Translations under genes and position numbers: made by a program
Notes under the pieces: model-generated
Seen by the model: only the letters and a program-made list of their open reading frames with translations
The model's database searches: none
Told to the model about the DNA's origin: nothing
In this document: positions 37,901-51,489 of the stretch, in pieces
Position numbering within the stretch: the first letter of the stretch is position 1
Layout of the letters: each line of letters opens with the position of its first letter
NCBI RefSeq assembly: GCF_020745735.1
Contig: NC_083410.1
Span: 84,820,042 to 84,884,041, forward strand
Source: Hemiscyllium ocellatum
Lineage: Eukaryota
Reading direction: 5' to 3'
Length of the DNA stretch: 64,000 nucleotides

Positions 37901-38384
37901 TTGGGGAAAAACTCACTCAAGATCAATGTACCTAGAACAAACAGATAGAAAATGGGTCCTCTTTCAAATTGAGTACTTATGAAAAGCAGAGAGAAATGCA
38001 GTAAGAGGGAATCCTGTTCCAGCAACTTATCCAAAACTCAACTCAATTCCCTCGTTATCACTTTCTATTTGAGAGTGTCTGGTTGGTCTCAGCAGTCACC
38101 TACAAAGCCACTAGAACTCTATCAAACATCCCTGATGTTGAATATAGTTAGTTTAAACTCAAATAATAAACAGTGATTCAATTATTTGGTTTTAAATAAG
38201 GTGATTGAATCATGTGTGGTTCAAAGGAAGTCTACTAACAACGTTTTTCTGATTTTTTTGAAATGTTTTACAAGGTATTTACAGCATAAAAAGGCCATTC
38301 AACCCATTAGATCTATACTGATGTTCATGCTCCACACACACTTTCTTCTATCCTCTCCATTTAACCTCAGCAACATCATCTTAT

Positions 38385-38580
38385 AAAAGCAAAAATGTTG
38401 GAGAAGCAACAAATTTGATTGAATTGTCAGAGCTATTCCAAATAAATTATATCAGACTAAAAATGTTAACTTTGTTTCTCTATATGTGCTGCCAGACCTG
38501 ATGAGTGTCTCCAGCTTCTGTTTTCTCCAGCACTTTCTAGTTTTATTTTAGATTTCCAGCAGCTGCAGTGCTTTATTTTC
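38385..38580. mobile_element. Family-2 short element, degenerate
   Basis: TGCTGCCAGACCTG.TGAGT.TCTCCAGC...TTCCAGCA.CTGCAGT motif. Confidence 0.55.
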
Positions 38581-41500
38581 ATTTAAGCATACTCTTTTAG
38601 CCCTTTTCTCATTCGTGTGCATGCCTAGGTTCCACTTAAAGCATCTGTACAATTTACCTCACTTCATTTTGATAGCACATTTCACATCTTGTACATTCTT
38701 GAATAAAAAGCTTCGATTTCATGCGATCCTCACAAAAAAGTCTGGTAGCAATAGGGGAAAAAAGGGCTGAATTTTAGGTCTCAATCAAATGTGTAGTCCA
38801 TGTCAGGATGAATGAGAGACACACTTAATGAATCTCTTGAAAAGGATGTAGAACAAAGTTGGCACTGATATCATTTTGTTCAATACCTTTACTGTTAGTG
38901 TGTTGAACGACAATGCTGCAAAAACAGGATGAAGGACACTTAAATCCATGCCAAGTGAGTAATGCCCAGTGACCACATTTCTCTTCTCTGCTGCAATACT
39001 GATCTGCTCCATGAACATTCAAAAAAATACATGAACAATGCCAGTGTTTCCATTTTCAAAGAATTGGAATATCTACTACAAAAGCATTTAACATAAATGG
39101 ATATACAGTTGCCCACTATCCAGGTGAATCAACCATTGAAGCACCGTAAATAATCAATCCCTCACACTGATCCCCCCCCCCCAAACTGACCTCTGAAGAT
39201 TCCCTGATTTCAACCATCTTCAAAGATAGTGGACTGTATCCAACCAAATTTGCAAAAAGCATGATGATGCCGGCTGCTCCTGAAGTACAAGTACTGCCGT
39301 ACGTTCCCGACAATGGAAAAAAATTCCAATCTGTCCAATTACTTCTATTATAGGGAGCACCTCATTTTTCTACGAAGCATCCTAGGAGGCCATTAGATTA
39401 ATAGCCAAACTTGATATTTATTGTTTGCTATTCTCATATGAAAATAAAAGTAGGAAACAGACTGTTTTATTCCAGTGATACCTCCTGGTCAGTAGAATTG
39501 TCATTTGATGTTGTGCACTTTGCTCACCATGTTGAACAATACTTTAACCAATAGGATCTGTTATGTGTCCCAAGGGTGGCATTATCGCTGTACAGAGCTT
39601 AAAGGAGGATGTTGCAGATATTGATTAGAAGATTCAAGCAGTACTCGTTCCATAGTTTGACGTAGCAACATGTGTGGGTGCTGATTGATGCCAAAGTTTT
39701 GAACACAATTATTTGGAGCCATACTGAGATGAATAGAGGTTCATCTGGTATCCGCATCTTCTTTAATGACCACAAAGCAACAATGAAGGTTAGGTTTGTG
39801 TGCAGGTCGGGTGTTTAAATAGTTTTTATGCTAAGAGTTTTGGACAGATTTTACCAGATGTCCATCAGCTCATTTTGAAGATCCTTATTTGGCAAAAGGA
39901 ACAAATAGTCACAGCGTAGGAGGGAGAGCTCCAAACTACTTGTGCCTTTGTAATGGACATTAGTTTCTTTGCTACAGTCTGCCATTTTAAGATGTGGATT
40001 ATACTTAGCTGCTGTGTTAGCCTGGTAACAGGTGCTAAACTTGCACATCAAGAGGATTTGCTCATTATTAATTATTCTGCAAAGATTATTTCATAACATT
40101 GAAATTGTCCTGTACACTTCAGTCATTTCCAAATTTAACTGTTCCAATGCTGTGGGTTTTATGAAGGATAAATATTGTCGTGTGTACCAACAGAACTCCA
40201 ATGCTGTCCTTTGCAATAATGTCCACTTTTTTTTAAAGGGCAATTAGGATTTCAGTTTAACATTCCAGATGCAACACAGTGCAGTTCTCCTTTAGTACTA
40301 CATTGGAGTTTCAGCTTGAAATAGACACAAGTCTCTGGAATGATATCTGAACTCATGATCTTCTATTTCAGAGTCAAAATAAATAGTCAGATGGACCTCT
40401 TGTTGTGAGTAGATGAGGACGAGATATTGTCCTTGCACATCAATATACCAAACAGCTGAAGACCAACAGTAAATCTGGTCAGAAAGAATCAAGTACCATC
40501 TTGGAAAGCCAGGGTAGACTACCATGTCATAAGAATGAAGAGTACTGTTGGGGGATACTGAGTCATTGACAGCGTACCAAATGGTCCAAAGCAACACCGT
40601 AGACCTTGGTGCCTAATGTATTTTTTCTTTGGATATTTGCCACTCCCAGGTGATTATATGGTTGGGAGAGTGAGGGACAAGAGGATCTAGTCATGAATGA
40701 GGGGTGGCCTTCATGCACCCATTTGTATTTTCCTATTTGTCAATTTTGTATATTCATAGGACCTGAAGTGCTGATGTGTGCTTCAAAGCTTTGAACTCCC
40801 AATGTAAAGCTATGCAATTATTTAATAAGTGAGAATATTACCCAGACACTCCCAAGAAAATAAACAGGAATGGGACCACCCACTAATTTTGCCTGAAGTG
40901 AGATTGGGGAGCTGTAATTATCTTCAGAAATGGAAATCAACTGCATGGTTGAAATATTTTTATAATTAGATTTTCTGCCTCTCAATTAGTTTTGGTGGAT
41001 GTTTGCCCACAAAGTGGATATATAATATTTCATCACAACCGAGCAGCTTCCAGCTAGTTGTCTTTAACCATTGACTCTCTATTAAATGAGATAAACTAAA
41101 GGATTGGTTGATTTAGGTGAGCAAATGATGATGGTTAGATGACTCATTTACTCAGAAATCCATATTATTCATTGTTCAGTTGCATCAGCCAATCAGAAGT
41201 GCTAATATCAGATCTAAATCAATATTGCTATCAAACAAAGAGATACCTGAGATACACCTATGAATGTTGACAAAAATAATCTTTTAAAATTTCATGCTGA
41301 GAGATGCAGTTGGCATCCCTCTGGATCATATCTGAGCCAAAATGGTGAAGTTTATCAGGTTATTCAACTATAAAAAATTTCGAGTATGCCTGATCCTATC
41401 TTCACACAATGTTGACGTGAAGAGCTTTTTGGCAAGGATGGAGGTGGGAGGGCATTGTATCATGATTATAAACAGGAATTTATCACCTGATTTTTCTCCA

Positions 41501-43257
41501 AACTAAAACACCAACCACTTTTAATTGTTGACAACCTAATTGAGTACAATTTGTTCATTCGTTTTCACCATAGCTGAAGCATCATCTTGATTCTTCTCTG
41601 TCTTAATTAAAGCATGCCTTGATCGGTGTCTCAATATTATCCATCCATCCAATTTTTATTCTTTCATCTCTGTTTTACCCTTAGTTTCAGGACAAGTCTG
41701 TCAGTTCTCTGTTTCCAATGTTCTGCCTGATTTTCTGCCTTGATTTTGCCTTGAGTTCTGAATGTTCAACAATTGCTTGGTCATTGGTGGTGGAGGACAC
41801 AATGGATACTTGCTTCAGAGTTGGAGTGCAAGGTAAACAAAATGCCTGCCTCCATATTAGGTTTTGGCCTGAAAATTTGCCACCTTTAAATAATGTTTAA
41901 TTTACAAAATTGTAACTATGGCTTTTAAAAATCTGCAGGTTGTGTTGAGGAATCAAGTGGTCACCACATAAAAACAAAACAGTGGAAGTACGCTGAGGGC
42001 CATCATAATCTACAAGGTCTTGACTTTACAGGTTTACATCTACTTTCCAGTAGTGGGTAAGCATGATTAGCTGATTCTGTCCACTTTCTGAGACCGAACC
42101 CAAAGAGCAAACATATCAGCCTTAGCACATCAACCTCTGGGATCAACATGTGCAAATAAAATTTAGAGCTCTTTTTGCAAATGGCTAAGTTATGCAATGC
42201 TTTTATGAGCTGAGGCATCAGGATAGATTGAGCTGTGCTGAGCTATAGTCTCAATGTTTTGAAACAATGCCAATATTTTGTTTAGGTTCATGTCCTGTTA
42301 CTTTATAATAAGATAACTGGAAAGACAACATCGTAGCTCCATTAGTAACTGTAAGTTTTGGAATCCACAATTAAATACATTCATCTCAAGATACTTTTGC
42401 AGTTGTGTGTCAGATGATGTTCAAAGGTTTGTCGGTCCAAAGATTTCATTTTGCAGTAGTTAATAGGTGAACAAATCCAGTACTTAAAACACTAACAATT
42501 GCAGTAGTTATTAATCGGTTGCTACCAGTGTTTAGAATAGACTATCCAGTCACCATTCCATAGAATGTGGTCAGATTCAAATGTTTCCCATGACCTTACT
42601 GATTTCTCTTTTGACCTGATATTGTTCTTAAAATATTTTGTCCCATGTGCTGTAATGTGTGCACGTGTTGAAATGCTGAGATCATTATGGTGATTGCATT
42701 GGTCTACAGTGTTGATGGTAAAGATTGATTATCCATAATGCAAAATGAATCGCCCGCATAGACACACGGGGCCACAATGTTAGCTGGCCACAATAGGCTA
42801 CAAAAAAACGTCAGTGTATTCACAGGTGATGTCATTATGCCTGGATGCATATGTATGTACGTTGCTGACATCTCTGTGTTGCATGCATTTGTGCACACCA
42901 CACAGCAGTAGTGTGTGGGCCACAGCCCAACACAAGACCTTTGCAATTTCCTTGGGCATGTTTTATTTTCTAGTAGGGCCTCCCTTGGAAGTTGCTGTAT
43001 TTTTTAACCAGCTAGCTGGTTTGTGGTTTGGAAAGAGGGGTGACAGAAGCAGCTGGTGAAGGAACCAGGGAGACAAACTGATGAGGAGGAGCTTCCACTG
43101 CCCAGTGGTGTCTTCTTGGCTGCTGTGCTTGCTCCGCTGCCACTATCAGCCTTCTCCATTGACTGCAGTGGCCAGTAAAGGCCCTTCTCAGAGCTTGGAG
43201 GCCGTGTACAGCAACTGCTGTGTGTCAGGAGGTAGTGAGGATGAGCAACAGATTACC

Positions 43258-43472
43258 ATCAGTTCCACTATAACGCGGTAGTTCTGTTCTCTGGCAATCC
43301 TGTGTTATAAACAAATTGTGTAATAACAGCATCATTTAAACTACAAGGACTGGAATTGCATTAAAACCAATACATTAAAACTTTGAACTTTATAAACAGT
43401 AACTCCAATTTGTCAATCGTGTTATAACAAATTCATGTTAATGAAACTCACGTTATAGCAGAACAACCTGTA
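43258..43472. mobile_element. Tigger/pogo-like MITE
   Basis: Imperfect TIRs GTTCCACTATAACGCG / CACGTTATAGCAGAACAACCTGTA. Confidence 0.5.
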
Positions 43473-45099
43473 CAATGTTTTAGACAGTCCTGTATGCCTG
43501 CTATTTTGGACATTGTGACTATACTTTTGCAATACTATTTACCTTGTGTCTACTTTTCTTATGATGGATCTATTACTGTTCTGCCACCCACTTTTAGTGC
43601 GCCTACAGGTATCTATGATCTTTCCATTATCCCTTTCCAATCTTGACAAACTTTGTAAATGTTCTCACCTTTTACATATCTAAGAGTCTAGTTCCATTTC
43701 CTTTAAATTCCCATCTTTATTATTTCTGCAGCTCCTTCAATACAGACCTGCACTTAAAATTGAGATTTTTCTTCTGTCAAGCTGTGTATCATACTCTATG
43801 CTCACTGGAAGAAATGTGTAACACTCCAATATTTTTCACTATAGTGTAGATGATGTAAGTTGGTGCCTGCAATTTATATTCTATATTGTAGCAACAGATG
43901 TTATTTTTGAAAAAATACCGAGTAAACCATGCACTTCACTGCACAGAAGTAATATCCCAAATGCACCTCAAAATCAACATCTAACTGGATTTGTCAAGTT
44001 CCATTCATGCAAAGTGGCACTTATTGCCCTATTTTGACATGTTAATTTCCTTGAATGTTCATTAGGTCATGGGGTCTTCAAAGTCCCTTAGAAGGCACCT
44101 TCCAAACCTGTATCCTCTATCAACTCAAAGTGATAGGGCAGCAGACACATGAGAACACCTCTGTCCTGGCATGTTCTCCTCCAAGCCACACATCACTTTA
44201 AAGTGGCATTTCTTCACTGTTACTGGGTAAAATGGATGGAACTCCCAAACCGCAGTAGTGTAGGTATTTATGCAGCATGGACTGCAGCAATTCAAGAATG
44301 CGGCCTACCACCACCACCACCACCTCAAAGGCAGTTCGGGACGGAGACTTATTGCTGGCCTAGTCAATGATACCCATATCCTGTGAACTAATGATAAAAT
44401 GAGCCTGATGTTTTCACTAATGCAACAGTCAAAATTTGGCATCTGTGATGCAGTAAGAAGTGTAATAACTGAAAGGTTTATTGTGTGTAGAAGTTGTTTT
44501 GCTAACTCATGCCTGTTGTGCCATTTTAAATACTCATGTTTTTGTCGTGTGTCATGACTTAAAATATAATAATTGATTATTTTTGAGGATTTTTTCTAAT
44601 TCTGTTTGTGAATTTAAATACTTCGTAATATCAACACAGGTACAGAGGAAGTGTTACTACATGACTGTGTCATTTGATAAATGAGTTTGTGAGAATTGCA
44701 ACATTGCTGCTAAAAATCTAAGAGTAGCCCCAAAATGTACTCAAAGAAATTTTGTGAGATGCCCTTGAAAAGATATTATTTTAACCCACGCTTCAGCATT
44801 GGATAAACTTCAAAGTTTCATAGAATTGTTACATTGCAGAAGGACACCATTTGGCTGATCAAATCTGAGAAAAAAAATTACTTGGAACAAAGTGAGGCAC
44901 ACTTGTAAGGGGCATAAGTGACAGCTGGACAATATGACCTTATGGGTGAAGTTCAAATTTATTCGTTTTAATTAAATACACCCTAGTTTTGCATGGGTAG
45001 CTTTCACAATTTTAGGATAGCTCAAAGCACAGTGCACACACTGAGGTTTTGTGTATAGTAAATTTGCATAAACAGCACCAAGATAGTAACCAGGTAATT

Positions 45100-45340
45100 C
45101 CTCTTGTTGTTGGCTGAGGGATAAATGTTGACAAGGATACCAGAACCTCTGTTGTTCTTTGAAATAGTGCCATCTTTTATATACATTTACAAGGGCAGAT
45201 GTGGCCTCAATTTAAAATCGCATTGGCAGCACTGATGCACAGCACTCCTTCAGCATGTCTGTAGATTATGCCTTGAATTTCTGGAAGTAGAAGTTGAAAC
45301 CTCAGCTTTCTGAATTAGAGAAAAACTTGCTGAGGCACAG
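45100..45340 (-). mobile_element. Deu-domain SINE remnant
   Basis: GAGGGATAAATGTTG.CAAGGA...GAAATAGTGCCAT...CAGCACTCCTTCAG, as in 3580-3920. Confidence 0.5.
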
Positions 45341-46135
45341 CTGAACTAAGTGACGACAACTGTGGAGAAAGGTAAGGAAATGGAAAGGCCCTTGGAATTG
45401 CAAGATGCATTAAATTGAATATATAAATTAATAAATGAGTTGTAACAATGAGAAGACGCATGTCTTTACATCATTTAGTGGTATATCATGTGGATCACTA
45501 TTGAACTACTACACTGCAAAAGACTTTAAGGCTTTGTTTCAGGCTGTCGAAGCTTCCAGTTGATAGATGTAAATGTTGAAACTCAGCGAAAGAAATGTAG
45601 TAGGATTTAGTGAGTGAGTTTGCAGAACGATAGAAAGAGGGGAGAATGGTTAGTACAGTTTAAGAGAGGTAAAGAAGCTGATTACTTTCTTTTTCCAAAT
45701 ATCATGAGAATTATGTATGTTGGTACCTGCTGCTGGAAATATAGAGGATATCAGACTATTCGTGAGCCAGTCACTAACACCATTCCAGTAGCCTTTGTGA
45801 TTACCTTTATAGCTAACTGCTATATTATGCTGATCTATGCATCCTTGGACCTTTTTATGTTAATCTAAAATAGACAACCTCACTCTTGCCTGTGTTAAAA
45901 TACATCTTGCTTTTTCCCATTTACTTAATCTATTGTTACCTCTGTAATTGTCTACCCAATTTTGTGCTGTTTATATCTTTGATCAGCAAATTTGGATATA
46001 TGGTTCTGTATTATGGTAATATTAAATATATTGATAATAATAAATATAGTGAATTGTTGAATCCCAGCACATATCTTGTGAGACCATTTGCTGCCAGTTG
46101 AATATACATTTCTATTTACCTTCTATTTCTTAACC

Positions 46136-46447
46136 GGGGCAGCACGGTGGCTCAGTGGTTAGCACTGCTGCCTCACAGCACCAGGATCCCAGGTTCAATT
46201 CCAGCCTTGGGTGACTGTGTGGAGTTTGCATATTCTCCCTATGTCTGCGTGGGTTTCCTCTAGGTGCTCCGGTTTCCTCCACAGTCCAAAGATGTGCACG
46301 TCAGGTGAATTGGCCATGCTAAATTGTCCATAGTGATAGGTGCATTAGTCAGAGGGAAGTGGGTCTGGATGGGTTACTCTTCTGAGGGTCAGTGTGGACT
46401 GGTTGGGCCAAAGGGCCTGTTTCCACACTGTAGGGAATCTAATCTAA
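46136..46447 (+). mobile_element. HE1-type V-SINE
   Basis: GGGGCAGCACGGTGGCTCAGTGGTTAGC head with a GGTTCAATTCC B box, central domain and tail. Confidence 0.92.
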
Positions 46448-46467
46448 GTCCATGCTGACTTGTTCAA

Positions 46468-46798
46468 GGGCAGCATGATGGCTCAGTGGTTAGCACTGCT
46501 GCCTCACAGCGTCAGGGACCCCGGTTTGATTCCCGCCTCGGGTGAGTGTCTGTGTGGAGTTTGCACATTCTCCCAGTGTCTGCATGGGTTTCCTCCAGGT
46601 GCTCTCGTTCCCTCCCACAATCCAAAGACGTGCAGGTCAGGTGAATTGGCCATGCCAAATTGCCCATAGTGATAGGTGTGTTTGTTGGGGTGAATATAGG
46701 CTAGGGGAATGGGTCTGCGTGGGTTACTCTTTGGAGTGTCGGTGTGGACTAGTTAGGCCAAAGGGCCTGTTTCCATACTGTAATCTAATCTAATCTAA
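46468..46798 (+). mobile_element. HE1-type V-SINE
   Basis: Full head, body and (TAATC)n tail. Confidence 0.92.
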
Positions 46799-46876
46799 TT
46801 TCTTAACCAGATGGGTAATCTCCTGCAATTTTAGCTGACAGTCTCTAAAGTGAAATCTTCTCCCTGTTTTTTTTTC

Positions 46877-47153
46877 AGATTACTTGTGGAAACAGGCGTT
46901 TCGGCCCAACAAGTCCACGCTGACCCGCCATTCCCCTACATTTACCCCTTCACCTTACACTACGGGCAATTTAGCATGGCCAATTCACCTGACCTGCACA
47001 TTTTTGGACTTTGGGAGGAAACCGGATCACCCGGAGGAAACCCACACAGACACAAGGAGAATGTGCAAACTCCACACAGTCAGTCGCCTGAGGTGGGAAT
47101 TGAACCCGGTACTGTGAGGCAGCAGTGATAACCACTGTGCCACTGTGCCACCC
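46877..47153 (-). mobile_element. HE1-type V-SINE
   Basis: Reverse-complement copy of the same family. Confidence 0.92.
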
Positions 47154-47279
47154 ACATTTTCTGGAGGTTCATCTCAGTTACATCCATAAGCATTCCCCAT
47201 GTACTGTTTTAGCCTTCGTTGAGGATATTATACATGACCTAATACTTACAAATTCATATTGTTCCCCATCCCTCTGACC

Positions 47280-47990
47280 ACTCAAATTTCTCTAAATGTT
47301 CAGCCATTTTTTTCTCTGATTATAGATTCCAACATCTTTCCATGGAAGATGTTAGATTAATAGGTCTACAATTTCTCAGTTTCTCTCACCTTTCTTAAGT
47401 AACGGGGTCACATTTGCAACTTTCCAAATGGCAAACAGTGCCTGAATTGCAAGAACCTTTGGCAAGTATGGCTAAAACATCTGTGATTCTCTACTTTCTT
47501 TAAATTTCTAATTGGAAACCATCCATTCTTGGAGAATTTCAGTCTTTAGTGCTATCATTTCTCCCTCATACTGTTTCCTTGCTTACGTTAACTTTATTGA
47601 GTCCCATGGGTTTGTTATTCATTTCTCTGTAATGCCAGTTGTACTATCCTCTTCCACCACTGTGAAGACATTGTAATTATTCAGTATGCGTGCCATATCC
47701 AATTTTTTTAACAATATCTTAAAGTGACTCATATTATCTTTGCTGTATTCCCTATTTAAATGTTTTATGTTAATCATGATATTTCTCACAAATTTCTTTG
47801 CATATTTTTAAACTTTTTCCCCTTTGCTATTCTTTATACCTTTCTAGGCCACTTGTATTTTTATGTTCGTAGTTTTATGTGTTTTTTCTTCAGTTTTCTG
47901 CTGTCTCCCACCTCTTTAGTTGATTCTTTTTTTGTGTGGTAAGCAGAGCTCTTGAGCCTTATGATATATATTAGTCTTGTACTATTAGTC
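47280..47990 (-). mobile_element. Old degenerate CR1 fragment
   Basis: Remnant NCRPINLTS and VFTV segments on the minus strand. Confidence 0.5.
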
Positions 47991-47995
47991 TTGTA

Positions 47996-48314
47996 GGCGG
48001 CACGGTGGCACAGCGGCACAGCGGTTAGCACTGCTGCCTCACAGCACCAGAGACCCGGGTTCAATTCCCGACTCAGGCGACTCTCTGCGTGGAGTTTGCA
48101 CATTCTCCCCGTGTCTGCGTGGGTTTCCTTCGGGTGCTCTGGTTTCCTCCCACAGTCCAAAGATGTGCAGGTCAGGTGAATTGGCCATGCTAAATTGCCT
48201 GTAGTGTTAGGTAAAGGGGTAAATGTAGGGGTATAGGTGGGTCGCACTTCGGCGGGTCGGTGTGGACGTGTTGGGCCGAAGGGCCTGTTTCCACACTGTA
48301 AGTAATCTAATCTA
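47996..48314 (+). mobile_element. HE1-type V-SINE (young)
   Basis: Near-consensus copy with CpGs retained. Confidence 0.93.
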
Positions 48315-51083
48315 AATACAATATTTTTAAGGACAATAATGCCAGACTGTTTAGATGGAGCTGCTTGTTGCAGCCATTGAATTTGAGAATTGTGCATGAG
48401 GCAGTGGCAAAAACATGATTGCCAATACATTGTTGAGACTCGAATGAGAATCGGAGGCACTCAGTGGCGGGTGTGCCACAGCCTGAATTCAAATGTGGTT
48501 GTGCATGGTTGCATGTGTATAGTCAGTGTAGTGTATATGTGTCTTTTAGAGTACTAACCAATTTTTTTTGAAGGGTTTAAAAAATGAAGCCATCTTTGGA
48601 TATTGAATGGTTCTTTTTTTTGAGAGGGAGGTGTCACAAAGGTGACCCAGGAAGGTGATTTGGGCTTTGGCAAATTCACTTTTAGCTAGGTTTACCACCA
48701 AGCCTGCCTTCCAAAATCGATTGTACAAATCCAATAAATGCTGTAAATGTTCCTTCCATGAGTGACTAAAAATCTCCAGGTCATCGATGTACACCACACA
48801 GTTGGGTAATCTAGCAATTAACTTATAATTTAGTCTCTGAAATGTGGTGGAGCATTTTTCATACCAAATGGTATGACTTTAAACTAATATTGTCCATTTG
48901 GCATTACGAAAGCCAAAATTGCCTTTGCTCTTTCTGACAAAGGGACCAGCCAGTAGGGTCTGAGCAAGTCCAACTTAGAAATGTAATTTGCTTGTCCCAC
49001 CTTTTCAATACAGTCCTCCAACCACAGAATTGGATTGCATCAGTCTTTGTAACTGTGTTGACTTTGCGATAGTCCACACATAACTATTGGGTACCATCCA
49101 GCTTTGGCACCATGACTATGGGTGAACTCCAGTCACTGTAACTCACTTTAATTATGCCTTCTTGGAGTATTATGAACCTCTCCTTTTGAACCTGTGCCAA
49201 TTTTAGAAGGTTATGCCTATAAAGATGTTGCTTAATCAGAATAGCATCTCCTATAGCTACATCATGCACAATTAGGTTAGTACTTTCCAGTTTATTTTGG
49301 CATATCTCTCTATGTGATGGCAATACTACTTTCAGGTCATTTCGATTTTCTTGTGCAAGGTAACTCAATAATTTATCCCAATTTTTGACAACTTCCTCGT
49401 TGTCCAATTTGATTTGAGGAATGTCACTCAATTTCCTCTCGATTTGATAAGGTCCATTAAACCTTGCTTTTAAAGGTTCACCTGTTACTGGAAGTAACAC
49501 TAATACCTTATCCCTAATGGCAAAATTGCAAATTTTTGATTTTTTTATCCGCTTTCTGTTTCATTGTATGCTGCAATACTTTTAAATGCTGTCTAGCAAA
49601 CTCCCCAGCTCTATTTTGTCGTTCTGTAAAATTTGGACATAGTCCAAATGGGTGGTCTCTGAATTCGGACTTACTCAATTCATTTCTCCTTACTCAATTT
49701 TAATGGTCCTCTTACGTCATGCTCAAAAATTAATTAAAATGGATTGAATTTTTAAATGGTCGATTCATTTGGTGCATCTCTGATCACAAAAAGCACAAAC
49801 GGAACTCCCTTATCCCAATCATCTGGAGAGTCCTTGACTATAAGTCCTCATAATGTTTGATGCCACCTTTGTAGCGCTCCCTGCGATTCTGGATGGTACG
49901 CAGTAGTTTTGAATCATTTTATTCCCAAGCTATCCATAACGTCCTTGAATGGTTTGCATATGAAGTTTGACCCTTGATCTGACTGGATCTCTGTTGGTAA
50001 TCCGTAACTAGTAAATAATTTCTACAACCCTTCTAGCTGTGATATTGCATAACGGGACTGCCTGAGGAAATCTAGTCGACACATCCATTATTGTTAATAA
50101 ATATTTATTCCCACTTCTTGTTTGTGGTAGGGGACCTGTGCAATCAATCAAGACTCTTGTGAAGGGTTCCTCAAATGCTGGAATAGGTATTAAATGTGTA
50201 GATTTTATTACTGCCTGTGGTTTTCTGATTAGCTAACATGTATGACATGTCTGGCAAAATCCAACTACATCCTTGTGTAGTCCAGGCCAGTAAAAATGTC
50301 TGGATTTTAACCTGTGTTTTCCTCACTCCTAAATTACCTCCAAGTGGTAGCTCTTGCACCATACACAACACCTCCTTTCTATACCCTAATGGCAAAACCA
50401 TCTGATGAACTTCTGCCCATTTGTCATCTGGTTGAATGTGTGATGGTCTCCATTTCCTCATTAAGACACCACTTGTTAAGTAATAACACACAGTTCTGCA
50501 TTCACTCTCCTTTTCTGTATATGCCTTTTGATATAACTGCTTTAAGTTCTCATCTTTCTGCTGGAACTCAATAAGCTTAGATATTTGCATATTTAACATT
50601 TGGCTCCTGCTCTGTCTCACTTATTTGACCAAAAAAAGTCTTTGATAATGCTATTTCAGCTTCCTTATCTGTGCCTTTTGATTAACTGCTGAGCTACTGC
50701 TGTAATTATCTCTCCTTTTCTCACATTAGGAGGCAGCTCCAACCCCAGCCTGTCTGCTAATTCCTTCAGTTTGGTCTTATTTGCCTTATGTAAAACTACT
50801 AAGTTCACTTCGTCCACCTCCAGAAAACTCTTGGCGACTGAAAGAGCCATTGCTACCCCAAGCTTTGCCTACCCAACCAAACCAACATCCACAATAAAAA
50901 CACTAGCACCTACCACTCGCTATTTACATCCCGCAAAGAGCCCCCAATCTGTTATGGATTCGGCCTGACCACTCAAAACATTCTTAAGCAGGCAGCCCAG
51001 ACTATAACTTTGCTATTTGTTTCAGTAAGTGTACAGTGAAAATTACCCAAAGTAAGTTAGCTAGGTTGACTATCAGGTTTTTT

Positions 51084-51388
51084 TAGATTAGATTAAATTA
51101 GATTACTTACAGTGTGGAAACAGGCCCTTCGGCCCAACAAGTCCACACCGACCCGCCGAAGCACAACCCACCCATACCCCTACATTTACCCCTTACCTAA
51201 CACTACGGGCAATTTAGCATGGCCAATTCACCTGATCCGCACATCTTTGGACTGTGGGAGGAAACCGGAGCCCCCGGAGGAAACCCATGCAGACACGGGG
51301 AGAACGTGCAAACTCCACACAGTTAGTCGCCTGAGTCGGGAATTGAACCCGGGTCTCAGGCGCTGTGAGGCAGCAGTGCTAACCACTG
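51084..51388 (-). mobile_element. HE1-type V-SINE inserted in the LTR
   Basis: Near-consensus copy. Confidence 0.92.
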
Positions 51389-51489
51389 TTTTAAAACAGA
51401 CAAAAATTTATTCACAAAATTACGGAACGAAACACAAAGAACAGAATATAGAATACCCACAGAACTCAATCTATCCAAACTAGACTTAA

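Noticed and set aside
39116-39313. 65-aa ORF in the intergenic block
   Set aside because: No recognisable homology or clear splice context.
46136-46210. tRNA-like sequence with A and B boxes (also in other copies)
   Set aside because: SINE head continuing into the SINE body and tail, not a tRNA gene.
47861-48460. 199-aa minus-strand ORF
   Set aside because: Antisense read-through of an HE1 SINE plus LTR-element sequence.
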